Below are positions 10,707 to 20,871 of a stretch of DNA of 64,000 nt, one piece after another (positions within the stretch are counted from its first letter, which is position 1; each line of letters opens with the position of its first letter). The position numbers and the translations under genes were made by a program. Below the pieces are notes generated by a model. The model saw only the letters and a program-made list of their open reading frames with translations, was not told the origin of the DNA and did no database searches. Source of the stretch: an uncultured bacterium (GTDB taxonomy: Bacteria; Babelota; Babeliae; Babelales; Vermiphilaceae); NCBI GenBank assembly GCA_963707655.1, contig OY970172.1, forward strand, positions 384,001-448,000. Direction: 5' to 3'.

Positions 10707-12047
10707 ATGATACCGCTCTATAATAATTTTCTTCGTGGCATAAGCATTAATCTTCTTGAATGGCTAATTTATCATGTGCTGTTTGTGTCGCATCAATTAC
10801 TTCTTTTCAAAATAATTAATATTTCATTATATGGAAAAATAGGCGCATTATTTGGTCTTTTATATACTACGATCGCGGTCTGTACTTTTGGCCTGGATAG
10901 CTCATTGGCCCCATTTTTTGCTCTTGCGCAACAAAGCAGGCAAACATGCAAAAAAGTAATCGGGTCACAAGTCATTGCACAAATAGGATTATTTATAATA
11001 GGTGGCACTATCGCCAACTTTTTGTTTTTTTCTCTCTTTAATGATACATCCCTGGGCATAATTTTTATCGGCGCAACTCTTGTTGAAGGGATGCGCAAAA
11101 TAATGAAAGTTATTCTGCACCTTACTTTTATGCACACAATGCGTATCAGTATAGAACTGGGCACCCTCATCAGCTATTTAGCACTGTTCTGGGGGCCATA
11201 CTTTTTATTGAACATTCCTCCTTCACTCTACTCATTATTCATTCCATTTTTTATTGCCTCTTTAATGAGCTGCGGCATACTGGCCCTATATCTTTACTAT
11301 TGGTATTTTTCATTGCCGCAAGCAAAAGTCGCTGTTCCGCCGTCTCTGGCATACCGTATCATCCGCATGAGATTGTATACCAGTCTTTATAGCATTGGGC
11401 ATCAATTATTTTCTAGCAATATACTCATCCCCTATATCGCGCTTCATAGTGGATTTGCACAAGCGGGTATATGGAACCTCATACAAACCATTACCAATAC
11501 CATTACCAATGTTATGCATAAAATAAGTGGCTTCACCAGTCAGGCCCTGCTCTCTCATGTTAAAGATCAAGAGCTGGCCGTAAAACAAAAAACGTTTTCA
11601 GTTATAACCAATACGCTCAATCAAATTGTATATGCCATCATAGTTTTCGTATTTATTAATTATCATAAATTATCTTTTATCCATAATAATGGATTTCCAG
11701 AAAAAGAATGGCTCATTGCGCCATTACTCTATATAGGTATTACCATTGTAGAACAATGGTCATTAGCCTATGAAAAATTTTATATGAATGAAGAACGCAC
11801 CGGCCATCTTATTATTTTTAATACGCTGATTATAATCAGCTGCCTTTTTCTCATGCGGGCACATTATTCATTGACCACTTTTTTGACCGCTTTGTTTATT
11901 TTAAGAATTTCTAGCTTCTTGCTGCTTGCTCTCGTTTCATACTACCTCTGGGGAATTAAGCCTGACTGGAGAATTAAGCCGCGCTATTTCATTATGGCTG
12001 TCATACTAGCAGTAGCTGTTTATCTCTACCTCCATTATTTGCACTAG
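10707..12047 (+). CDS. Polytopic membrane protein, MOP-superfamily (Wzx/MurJ-like) flippase candidate
   Basis: About 12 hydrophobic segments, YG...GLD pattern in TM2; paralogous to 13986..15404. Confidence 0.65.
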   Translation: MIPLYNNFLRGISINLLEWLIYHVLFVSHQLLLFKIINISLYGKIGALFGLLYTTIAVCTFGLDSSLAPFFALAQQSRQTCKKVIGSQVIAQIGLFIIGGTIANFLFFSLFNDTSLGIIFIGATLVEGMRKIMKVILHLTFMHTMRISIELGTLISYLALFWGPYFLLNIPPSLYSLFIPFFIASLMSCGILALYLYYWYFSLPQAKVAVPPSLAYRIIRMRLYTSLYSIGHQLFSSNILIPYIALHSGFAQAGIWNLIQTITNTITNVMHKISGFTSQALLSHVKDQELAVKQKTFSVITNTLNQIVYAIIVFVFINYHKLSFIHNNGFPEKEWLIAPLLYIGITIVEQWSLAYEKFYMNEERTGHLIIFNTLIIISCLFLMRAHYSLTTFLTALFILRISSFLLLALVSYYLWGIKPDWRIKPRYFIMAVILAVAVYLYLHYLH

Positions 12048-12346
12048 ATCGCAACTCTGAACATAGCGAATAAAAACGATACCTGAGCAAACGATAACAA
12101 AGTCGGTCGATTAATGAGTCGATTATGGCAATTTATTTTAAATATATTAATTTTATTCGTCTCTTATATAAAAATGATAAATTTAAACAAAACTTTATTT
12201 AATTATTTTTTGTTTAATATTAAAATTTCACAACTGAATATTTGCTTAAGCAGAGAAAACATAGCCCTTTGCAAGATTAGGAATGAACGGCCAGGCAGCA
12301 CACGGAAAAAAGAGGGGCTTAAAAAAACTTGTTGTCCTGTCTCTGT

Positions 12347-13540
12347 TTATTTTTTCGTATAGTTGCCAATCGCATCAAGCAATCCCGGATCTTTAAAACC
12401 CATAACCGCTTGTTGCTTTATTACGTCAAGCAACGTATCTCCTTTTTTATTTTTTGCATTAATATTCGCGCCTTTAGCGATAAGAACCTTAAGAGCAACT
12501 TGTCTATCTGCAGCATGCTCTATGTTAGCAACCATAAGTAACGGCGTGTTGCCAAATACAGTTTCTGCAACATCAAGTGCGGGATTTTTATCGATAACAC
12601 ATTTTATAGAGTCAACGGGCACCGGGCTTAACATGGCATAATGCAAAGGAGTTCTTCCATTATTATCTTTTGCATTCACATCAGCTCCCTCAGCAATATA
12701 TTTTTTAGCCTCTGCAATATTGCCTCGATACAAAGCAAACATGAGGGCGGTTCTGCCCTGGTTATCTTTTTCTTTAAATCCCAAATTCCCTTGGCCAAGA
12801 CGCGGAAGCTCTTTTTGCAACGCCGCACCAACGCTATCAAGATCATCAGCAAAATGGAGCTCTTGCGCTTCTTGATAGGTGGTATTCCCTTTATTGTTTT
12901 TTATTTCAGGGTCTATAAAATCATTATACTTTGCCCTAAAATCTATAATCCACTGCTTATCATTCTGTTGAACTGCATTATGCATCAAAGTATTACCAAA
13001 AGAATCTCTCGTATTCACTTGAGCGCCATTTGCAATAAGAAAATCAGCGATTTCCATTTTTTCTTTTACATTATTGATTAAGAACAAAACAATGTGGAGC
13101 GGCGGCTCACCCCTTTGGTTTCTTACAAAGAGAGGAACCCCTCGCCGAACAAGCATTTTTATTATTGCAAAGCATCCTGGCGCTCTTGGTATATCATCAG
13201 CACCAAAAATGGCCAAATGGAGAGGAGTATAGCCATTAAAGTTTTTTTGCGCGGTTAAAGATGGATTGGCACCACGGGCAAGAAAAGCTTCTGCCTCTTT
13301 TTCATTACCATTGAGAGCAGCGAGCATAAGACCGGTATAACCGTTATCATCAAAAAGATCTATGTCTGAAGCGGGGGCCTGCGCTATCGCATCAAGCATA
13401 ATTTGGTTCGCTGAGTATGCACTATCAAGCCAAATCGGCAATGGCGTATTAAGTTGCGTAAAATAAAAAAAAGAAAGAAATGATGCCACATAGATGATAT
13501 TTTTTTTATTGCTTAATATATTTACCCATTTTGAAAACAT
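12347..13540 (-). CDS. Ankyrin-repeat protein with N-terminal hydrophobic segment
   Basis: Repeated G.TPLH.A / GA.VN.KD motifs; start at 13540 or 13579. Confidence 0.9.
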   Translation of the reverse strand: MFSKWVNILSNKKNIIYVASFLSFFYFTQLNTPLPIWLDSAYSANQIMLDAIAQAPASDIDLFDDNGYTGLMLAALNGNEKEAEAFLARGANPSLTAQKNFNGYTPLHLAIFGADDIPRAPGCFAIIKMLVRRGVPLFVRNQRGEPPLHIVLFLINNVKEKMEIADFLIANGAQVNTRDSFGNTLMHNAVQQNDKQWIIDFRAKYNDFIDPEIKNNKGNTTYQEAQELHFADDLDSVGAALQKELPRLGQGNLGFKEKDNQGRTALMFALYRGNIAEAKKYIAEGADVNAKDNNGRTPLHYAMLSPVPVDSIKCVIDKNPALDVAETVFGNTPLLMVANIEHAADRQVALKVLIAKGANINAKNKKGDTLLDVIKQQAVMGFKDPGLLDAIGNYTKK

Positions 13541-13985
13541 GGTCCAGCCCTCACAATGTTTTATTCGCTTTACATTCATTATATTAATTTTATTTTATAT
13601 TAAGCAATAAACTATAAAAAGCTCATGCTTTTAATAATCAAATGCGGTAATCGTGACCCGCAAGAGACCAGGGCTTCATTGACTATTTGAATTGTTTCTT
13701 GCTATGGTGATGATAAGTATTGAAATAATAGATAAAAATGACAAATGAAGGCATACAATAGGTTAAAAAAATTTACCCTAATCATTGCGCTTGGCACGAT
13801 GAACATCTTTGCGTACTGTGCCGAAGATACGTGTTCAAGCGATACAGGAAAAACCAATGAACCAAAGACCTCATCGTCAGACGCCGCGCAATGATCGAGA
13901 GATTGCTCATGCGCGACGAACAAATGGGCCATAGAGCACAAAGTAGGCTTTGCATAATTGCCTCTTTTGTGCTATCCTGCGTCCC

Positions 13986-15404
13986 ATGAATAGCACAATT
14001 TTATATCAAAAATTTTCTTCCGGCTTGGGATGGAACGGGTTTGTGTTCGCGGTGTATAAATCACTGAGCACCATACTGTCTACCCTTTTTTTCTATAAAC
14101 TTACTACGCATGATTTTTCACTCTGGGCGACAACAAATAGCTCTATTTATCTCCTCATTCTCTGGCTCGATCTTGGGCTTTCAAAATCAGTTCCCCGCTA
14201 TACGCCGGTCTTTGCCCGCAGCGCCACAGAGCATAAACAGTTCATTATTTGGGTATGCGTGATCCAATTAATGCTTTTGCTGATAGGGATACCGTTTTTG
14301 GTCTACTACATATCAAAAACTTCTTCTTCATTGCTCTTGTTGATTATAGCCCTGGCCACGTTTATTGCGGAGGGAGCCGTTAAGATCTTTCGTCTTATGT
14401 ACCATGCGCAATTCCACAACAAACAGTTCAATCTCTATAGTACGGCTGCCATCCTGCTGGAAACGGCAATAGATGTAGTATTACTGGCCACCATCAAAGA
14501 CAGCGCCCAACTCCTTATCGGAATACTCCTGGCCAAGCTATGCTGCTCAGTGCTCTTGGCGCTCTACAGCCTGTATAATGTGCCGTCTTTATACAAAGAT
14601 AAGGAATACCCCGGTGATCAGCAGCTCAATATCATGAAGGCGATCAAAGATTGCGTGCTGCATTCATTGGCTATGGGCTCTACCACGATACTGACCAGCC
14701 TCTCCGAAAGAAACTTTCTCATTCCTCTTTTTACTGCGGCGCTGGGTAGAGAAGCAGGCAACATATTCAAGGTTGCCAATGACTGGGCATTATTGTTTTA
14801 TCGCACCGCCATCAAAACAATCGGTTATAATGATACCGCTTTATTATCCCACATAGAGACGATGCCTAACCGCAAGGCACTCTTCCCTGAGGCTTTTGCA
14901 ACCTTATCAAACAAGATTGCTACCTTATGCGTCCCGATATTGGCATTATTGGGCTTGCTACTCTTTTATAGCATACGCACCAATCACACCTCGGTTGCTT
15001 TTGAATTATTTTTTATTATAGCCATATCCTATATGACAGAGGCATTATTTTCTATGTATGAGCGGGTGCTCGAGGTGAAACGTAGATATATGTTCCTCGC
15101 TGTTTCTTATATTCCTTATATAGCAATACTCATCGGCATGTTCTTCGTATCTTCATTTGGCTTGGTAAGCTCAGTACTCTGGGTACAAGGGATACGATTG
15201 GTGCAAGTGCTCTTTTTTATCGGCTTTGTCCGATTCGGTTATGGCTTACGGTTTCCTGCACGCTTTGTAATCCGCCTGGCGCTGTATATGTTGCCCGTGT
15301 GTATTGCCCTCTATCTGATTGCTCCTTTTGCTTTACCGCCGATTTTACACGCTCAGCACCATATTAAAGCGGTGATTATGCGTCTATTGGGATACACAGA
15401 GTAG
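13986..15404 (+). CDS. Polytopic membrane protein, MOP-superfamily flippase candidate
   Basis: 12-14 hydrophobic segments, DLGLS..V.RY motif typical of Wzx-like proteins; ATG at 13986. Confidence 0.65.
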   Translation: MNSTILYQKFSSGLGWNGFVFAVYKSLSTILSTLFFYKLTTHDFSLWATTNSSIYLLILWLDLGLSKSVPRYTPVFARSATEHKQFIIWVCVIQLMLLLIGIPFLVYYISKTSSSLLLLIIALATFIAEGAVKIFRLMYHAQFHNKQFNLYSTAAILLETAIDVVLLATIKDSAQLLIGILLAKLCCSVLLALYSLYNVPSLYKDKEYPGDQQLNIMKAIKDCVLHSLAMGSTTILTSLSERNFLIPLFTAALGREAGNIFKVANDWALLFYRTAIKTIGYNDTALLSHIETMPNRKALFPEAFATLSNKIATLCVPILALLGLLLFYSIRTNHTSVAFELFFIIAISYMTEALFSMYERVLEVKRRYMFLAVSYIPYIAILIGMFFVSSFGLVSSVLWVQGIRLVQVLFFIGFVRFGYGLRFPARFVIRLALYMLPVCIALYLIAPFALPPILHAQHHIKAVIMRLLGYTE

Positions 15405-15906
15405 TAGTTATTCTATACCATTTGATCGTTAAAAATTCTCTTTACGAAGAGCACCACCGCCTGCCTTCCCCCTTTAAGGATTCTTTTTAAATACTGTTAA
15501 TCCCCCATTGTTTTTTTAATGCATTTTCTCCACAATTTCCTACAATAACTCTGTCTGGGCGATAGTTTATGGGTTATGCGTTATTTGGTTCGGCTATCAT
15601 TGCGTCTGTTTAGGTGCGTGCGATTGGTTCGTGTACGTTACTCGTATATGTGTATAGGGGTGATCTTGTTTATTAGTGGTTAAGGTCTTATATGTTACCC
15701 GTAGTAGTGTAGAGTCATTTTTAATAATAATTCTTATAATCTTTCTTAGTAATCTTGTTTCTTATTCAATTGTTTTCCTTATACGTGTTATGCACCTCTA
15801 CGCTCACCTGCTCATAGGTGCATAGATAGTGAAATAGGTAAAATGCCCCCTTTTGGATCAGTAATGTTTTCCTTATAATGATCTAGATATCTATTTGCCT
15901 AACATC

Positions 15907-16072
15907 GAGTACCTAGAGTACCTATAGTACGTATATCTAACTAACGTCCATATCTAATGTGCCTTATATGTGTATGTGTGCTTCTCTATATTCCTTATAT
16001 TCCTAATATTCCTATTCCTTTTCCTTATTTCTTTATTTCCTTTGTTTTCCTTACTCTTTCCCTATTATTCCC
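15907..16072. repeat. Low-complexity short tandem repeats (gagtaccta-like units; tattcct-like units)
   Basis: gagtacctagagtacctatagtacgta at about 15907-15933 and tatattcct/aatattcct/tattcctt runs at about 15987-16030, inside an ORF-free stretch. Confidence 0.6.
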
Positions 16073-16508
16073 CCCTGCCCCCTTACAAACGTAGGCGCCC
16101 CATCCCGCAGCCCCTACTCTGTTACCCCTCAAAGTTATGGCGAGGGTGGTAGACGGAGTGCCCTGTCGCGCCTCCGCGCGCATGGGGGTCGGGCTCAAAA
16201 ATGAGCCGAAGAAAGCGATAAAAACAAAGAGAATACCAATGACCAAGGCTAAAAAATAGGCGGCCAAACAAAACAAAATAGCTCGAGAGAAACCAAGCAG
16301 GCCAAGCGTCAGCGCTTACCATTAAGCTCCCCCTTATTCAATTTAAAAACAGGTGTGCCACCCAGTACATCCCTACTCTGTTGCCCGGAAAAAAGCATGA
16401 GCTCGAGCCCCGCCGACCATTAAATTATACGACAGAAATATCTCTTCTGAAATTAAAACAATGAGGCGGCCAGCCACCTCAAAACTTTCAAATATACCCA
16501 TAAGAAAA

Positions 16509-16529
16509 GTTGAGTGTAACTCACTAAGA
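16509..16529 (+). promoter_or_regulatory. HAIR-like (HspR) operator candidate upstream of the dnaK promoter
   Basis: gTTGAGT-N7-ACTaAga versus HAIR consensus CTTGAGT-N7-ACTCAAG; an HspR-like gene lies at 26045. Confidence 0.4.
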
Positions 16530-16546
16530 TTATTTTAGTTAAGAGT

Positions 16547-16576
16547 TTGACAAAGTGGTGACATTTGCCTTATAAT
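16547..16576 (+). promoter_or_regulatory. Sigma70 promoter of dnaK
   Basis: Exact TTGACA (16547-52), 18-nt spacer, exact TATAAT (16571-76). Confidence 0.8.
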
Positions 16577-16647
16577 CAAGATACATTTTTAAGTCGAAGT
16601 AATTGAGTTAAAATTAAAACATATCTATACATAAAAAGGGTCCGCTT

Positions 16648-18543
16648 ATGGCTAAAAAAATAATAGGTATCGACTTGGGTACCACCAACTCGGTGGTTGC
16701 TTTTATGGAAGGCGGAGTCGCCAAAGTGATTCCAAACAAAGAAGGTGCTAACACTACCCCATCCGTTGTGGCATTTACCAAAGATGACAAGCGCCTGGTG
16801 GGTGTTATTGCTAAAAGACAGGCGATAACCAATCCAGAGAACACTATCTTCTCTTCAAAGCGCTTTATTGGCATGGAATATGACCAAATGAAAGAAGAGA
16901 TGAAACATGTTCCCTATAAACTTGCGCGCAAACCCAATGGGGATATTGCTATTGTTGCTCAAGGTAAAGAATACAGCCCTCAAGAAATTGGTGCTGCCAT
17001 TCTTGCACAACTCAAGCAAACAGCTGAAGATTATTTAGGCGAAACAGTTACCGAAGCAGTTATTACCGTTCCTGCATATTTTAACGACTCCCAGCGCCAG
17101 GCAACCAAAGACGCCGGACGCATCGCTGGCCTTGATGTAAAGCGCATCATAAACGAGCCTACCGCTGCTGCCTTGGCATACGGCATGGACAAGAAGAAAA
17201 ATGGCACCTTGGCGGTATTTGACTTTGGTGGCGGTACCTTTGATATCTCTATCCTGGAAATCAATGATGGTGTTATCGAAGTAAAATCAACCAATGGCGA
17301 TACCCATTTGGGCGGTGATGACATCGACCAAAAATTAATCAAATACTTGGCTGATGAATTCCAAAAAGAACACGGCGTTGATTTACGCAAAGACAGCATG
17401 GCATTACAGCGCTTGAAAGAAGCTGCTGAAAAAGCAAAAATAGAACTCTCGAGCCTCTCAGAGACTGAAATCAATCTTCCCTATATCACTGCCGATGCAA
17501 CAGGGCCAAAACACTTAGTAATGAAAATATCACGTGCAAAGCTAGAATCATTGTGCGAAGATATTTTCAAACGCTTGTTGGAGCCATGCAAAAAAGCAAT
17601 GCAAGATGCGCAAATGAGCAAAGAAGCAATTAACGAAGTAATTTTGGTTGGTGGTTCAACCCGTATTCCAAAGGTACAAGCACTCGTTAAAGAATTCTTT
17701 GGTAAAGAACCGAGCAAGTCAGTAAATCCTGATGAAGTGGTTGCCCTTGGCGCTGCAATTCAAGGCGGCGTACTTGCCGGGGACATTACTGATGTATTGC
17801 TTCTTGACGTTACTCCCCTTTCTCTTGGTATTGAGACATTGGGCGGCGTAATGACCAAATTAATTGAACGTAATACAACAATTCCAACACGCAAATCACA
17901 AGTATTCTCAACCGCAGAAGACAATCAAACTGCCGTTGACATTCGTGTGTTCCAAGGTGAACGTGAATTTGCCAAAGACAATAAAATGCTGGGCCAATTC
18001 CGCCTCGAGGGAATTCCCGCAGCACGCCGCGGTATGCCACAAGTTGAAGTTACTTTTGACATTGATGCAAACGGCATTGTGCATGTTTCGGCAAAAGATA
18101 AGGCTACTAATAAAGAGCAAAAGATCACTATCACCAGCAGCAGCGGCTTAAGCAAAGAAGAAGTTGATCGCATGGTGCATGAAGCAAAAGCTCATGAAGC
18201 TGAAGATAAGAAAATGCGTGAAGCGGTTGAAAAACGCAACCATCTTGATGGCTTGGTGTTGAGTATCGAAAAAACTCTCAGCGAGAATAAAGATAAACTT
18301 GCTGAAGAAGATATTAAAACAACAGAAGCAGCTCTTGAAAAAGCAAAACAAGCGCTTAAAGATCATGCCGATAACGCAGATGAGTTGCAAAAAGCAACTG
18401 ACGAGCTTATTCAGGCATCACACAAAGTAGCTGAAATTTTGTATAAGCAAGGCGCAGCACAAGAAGGCGCAAGCACAGAGTCTTCTGAATCAGAAACAAA
18501 AAAAACTGATGAAGAACCGATCGATGCTGAAATTAATGACTAA
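16648..18543 (+). CDS. dnaK: Chaperone DnaK (Hsp70)
   Basis: [46 protein letters not shown]. Confidence 0.99.
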   Translation: MAKKIIGIDLGTTNSVVAFMEGGVAKVIPNKEGANTTPSVVAFTKDDKRLVGVIAKRQAITNPENTIFSSKRFIGMEYDQMKEEMKHVPYKLARKPNGDIAIVAQGKEYSPQEIGAAILAQLKQTAEDYLGETVTEAVITVPAYFNDSQRQATKDAGRIAGLDVKRIINEPTAAALAYGMDKKKNGTLAVFDFGGGTFDISILEINDGVIEVKSTNGDTHLGGDDIDQKLIKYLADEFQKEHGVDLRKDSMALQRLKEAAEKAKIELSSLSETEINLPYITADATGPKHLVMKISRAKLESLCEDIFKRLLEPCKKAMQDAQMSKEAINEVILVGGSTRIPKVQALVKEFFGKEPSKSVNPDEVVALGAAIQGGVLAGDITDVLLLDVTPLSLGIETLGGVMTKLIERNTTIPTRKSQVFSTAEDNQTAVDIRVFQGEREFAKDNKMLGQFRLEGIPAARRGMPQVEVTFDIDANGIVHVSAKDKATNKEQKITITSSSGLSKEEVDRMVHEAKAHEAEDKKMREAVEKRNHLDGLVLSIEKTLSENKDKLAEEDIKTTEAALEKAKQALKDHADNADELQKATDELIQASHKVAEILYKQGAAQEGASTESSESETKKTDEEPIDAEIND

Positions 18544-18568
18544 GTAATAATACTTACAACTTAAAACA

Positions 18569-18606
18569 GGGAGAGAGATCGCGATTATGCATCTCTCTCC
18601 TTTTTC
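18569..18606 (+). terminator. Intrinsic terminator of dnaK
   Basis: ggagagagat...atctctctcc stem followed by a T-run. Confidence 0.8.
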
Positions 18607-18638
18607 TTTATAGATGCACGCATCCGTCTTTTGCAGCT

Positions 18639-18683
18639 CTTGCAAAAAAATAAAAACTCATCGATACTGTGGGTGAGTTTTTT
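18639..18683 (+). promoter_or_regulatory. Array element copy 1: TTGCAA-N17-GATACT with the -10 inside an inverted repeat
   Basis: cttgcaaaaaaataaaaactcatc-gatactgtg-ggtgagttttt; recurs before all five paralogs. Confidence 0.75.
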
Positions 18684-18703
18684 GTAACACCTTTTAAAGA
18701 AAG

Positions 18704-19111
18704 ATGCCTATGTTTAAAAAATTATTTTTCTTGCCTCTCGCGGTAATTGCTTCTGTTCACGCAATGGATAATGCAGAAACAAACAATCCTGCACCATGTG
18801 CCGCCAACAAAGATTCACTCACGCAATTAGTAAAAACAGCAACCATAGTTACCATAATCGCGCGCCACGATTCAAACAAAATAGAAAAGTTTGAATTTCC
18901 CATTCAGGACCAAACCACTGCTGGTGATGTGCAGTCTGCTGCGATGTACAAAATAAATGATAAAAAAAGCTTTCTTGGAGATTACCACAATGACGCGATC
19001 TTGGTTACTCCCAATCACAAAAACATGCTTATGGGCCACTCGCTCATAAAAGCAGAAATGACGAAATACAATACATCAACCTTTGACCTCGTCCCAGAAC
19101 ATTGGGTTTGA
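18704..19111 (+). CDS. Small secreted paralog 1, putative RA/ubiquitin-like fold
   Basis: MFKK signal peptide ending in AMD; IVTII...FPIQDQTTAGDV...IKAEMTKYNTSTFDLV shared with the paralogs. Confidence 0.8.
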   Translation: MPMFKKLFFLPLAVIASVHAMDNAETNNPAPCAANKDSLTQLVKTATIVTIIARHDSNKIEKFEFPIQDQTTAGDVQSAAMYKINDKKSFLGDYHNDAILVTPNHKNMLMGHSLIKAEMTKYNTSTFDLVPEHWV

Positions 19112-19125
19112 TCCCTTCCCGCATA

Positions 19126-19170
19126 CTTGCAAAACAATAAAAACTCACCGATAATGTAGGTGAGTTTTTT
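19126..19170 (+). promoter_or_regulatory. Array element copy 2
   Basis: TTGCAA-N17-GATAAT; perfect 11-bp inverted repeat aaaaactcacc-N9-ggtgagttttt. Confidence 0.8.
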
Positions 19171-19200
19171 ATTTAACAGCCCGCCAAAAAAGGAGTAATC

Positions 19201-19740
19201 ATGTTTAAAAAATTACTTTTCTTATCTCTATCACTCGTTGTTGCCGCCACTGCAATGGATATCCCTAATTTGATTGATGAAGATAGTACAACCGCACAGT
19301 TTGCAATTTATGTTGATGGCACTGTAGCCTTTTTGGCGCCACAGCCTGAACGTAAAAACATTTGTGTTTCATTTCCAATCCGTGGCCCGCTCGCTCGTGA
19401 CATACGCTGGTGTCGTCTTTATTGTCTCGTTAAAGATACAACCACGGCGAACCATATTAAACAGTTTATCACAAAGGCAATGCCTACCGCATATTCCAAA
19501 GACCCCCAATATAAAGACCATATAAGCTATAATTCATATACACTTTGCGCTGTTGATTACAAACCTATCCTGTGCGGCCTATTGAGATCACGAGAACTCA
19601 GACCGTTGGATGACCACGAATTAGTTAATCCATACACATATGCAAAAGATACGCACTTTACCCTCGTCCCAAAGAATAACGAATTACTGTTGATCACAGA
19701 ACCTGACAAATCCCCCATCGATACTGAAATCGGAGACTAA
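19201..19740 (+). CDS. Small secreted paralog 2, RA-domain-like, with a DnaK-like C-terminal tail
   Basis: AAGGAG RBS; MFKK...AMD; VKDTTTANHIKQFITK...YTLCAV...ELRPLDDHE...HFTLVPK; ends PIDTEIGD. Confidence 0.82.
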   Translation: MFKKLLFLSLSLVVAATAMDIPNLIDEDSTTAQFAIYVDGTVAFLAPQPERKNICVSFPIRGPLARDIRWCRLYCLVKDTTTANHIKQFITKAMPTAYSKDPQYKDHISYNSYTLCAVDYKPILCGLLRSRELRPLDDHELVNPYTYAKDTHFTLVPKNNELLLITEPDKSPIDTEIGD

Positions 19741-19823
19741 GCAATAATACTCACAACCCACACAAAGAAGAGCTATTCATTCTTTTCTTTTTTTCTACCG
19801 GCTTTTCATATCACTTTCATACT

Positions 19824-19869
19824 CTTGCAAAAATGATTAACACCTACCGATACTATACTATGGGCTTTA
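19824..19869 (+). promoter_or_regulatory. Array element copy 3 (degenerate)
   Basis: TTGCAA-N18-GATACT; palindrome decayed. Confidence 0.55.
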
Positions 19870-19902
19870 TGATTGTTTACCGTCTCAAAAAATGAAAGCG
19901 CA

Positions 19903-20295
19903 ATGTTTAAAAAAATACTTTTCTCATCTACTTTCTTAATTACTCTTCATGCAATGGATAATCCGGTACATAATCAAACTATCACCGTGATATCAAGAAT
20001 ACAGTTGTTGCCGGTCGCGTTCCAGATCCCCGTTAATGATACCACTACCATACAAGAAGTAGACGCAACCATGAAGAAGATGTGCCAATCACAGCTGATC
20101 AAACATCTTGCAGGCGCACCCTGCCAGCCACTCACTCAAGATAGTACTGAATTATGTGCACTCTATAGATCATGGACAACATTAAAGCTATGCAGGCACT
20201 GCTCTGGCCCATTAGAAAAAGCACAAACAATTAAAAGTGTTATAAATCACCTGAATCCCGATTTATTCTATTTTAGCCTGAAGGATGGCATCTGA
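19903..20295 (+). CDS. Small secreted paralog 3
   Basis: MFKK...AMD; ITVI...FQIPVNDTTTIQEV...TELCAL...PLEKAQTIK. Confidence 0.8.
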   Translation: MFKKILFSSTFLITLHAMDNPVHNQTITVISRIQLLPVAFQIPVNDTTTIQEVDATMKKMCQSQLIKHLAGAPCQPLTQDSTELCALYRSWTTLKLCRHCSGPLEKAQTIKSVINHLNPDLFYFSLKDGI

Positions 20296-20347
20296 ACCCC
20301 CAACCCCTAATAAGAAACACGCACCATCAGCAGGCTCTGCGCAAATT

Positions 20348-20392
20348 CTTGCAAAAATAATAAAATTTACTAATAATATGGGTGAGTTTTAT
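20348..20392 (+). promoter_or_regulatory. Array element copy 4
   Basis: TTGCAA-N17-AATAAT; ataaaatttact-N9-ggtgagttttat, with all mismatches G-T compatible. Confidence 0.7.
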
Positions 20393-20418
20393 TTTGTTCG
20401 TCTTAAAAAAGAGTAGGC

Positions 20419-20850
20419 ATGTTTAAAAATTTATTTTTCTTATCTGTATTCAGCATTATCTCTGTGGGCGCTATGGATGATTCGAAAGTAGAACAAGGTA
20501 AAGAAGCACTACCCCAATGGATAAAAGAGGCAACTGTAGTTACCGTAATTTTAGAACGTGGCATTTTCAACGACACCACAATACAGGTCCCTATTTATGA
20601 TGCAACATCCGTGGGCGAGGTGCGCACAAGAGCCATTACTTCACTCAATGAATTAGAATACATCCACAGCGGGAGAAAAACATACCAATTTACTGATGCA
20701 GAATTGGTGGCTCGCTCCTCTAGCATTTATTACACAAAAAGAACTTTGATGGGCCAGTCTTCCATCAAAAACATGATGAAAAAATACAACACAGCAACAT
20801 TTGAACTCATCCAGAGACAAAACAAAGCATCTGAACAGTGCGAAAAATAA
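20419..20850 (+). CDS. Small secreted paralog 4
   Basis: MFKN...AMD; LPQWIKEATVVTVIL...VPIYDATSVGEV...IKNMMKKYNTATFELI. Confidence 0.82.
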   Translation: MFKNLFFLSVFSIISVGAMDDSKVEQGKEALPQWIKEATVVTVILERGIFNDTTIQVPIYDATSVGEVRTRAITSLNELEYIHSGRKTYQFTDAELVARSSSIYYTKRTLMGQSSIKNMMKKYNTATFELIQRQNKASEQCEK

Positions 20851-20871
20851 CCGCTCTCTTAATCTCACGCG

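Noticed and set aside
13702..13941. 79-aa minus-strand ORF
   Set aside because: No recognisable motif or RBS; cannot be told from chance or a gene remnant
15970..16322. Short ORFs 15970-16152, 16025-16276 and 16122-16322
   Set aside because: Arise from low-complexity sequence, overlap each other, and lack RBS or protein-like composition
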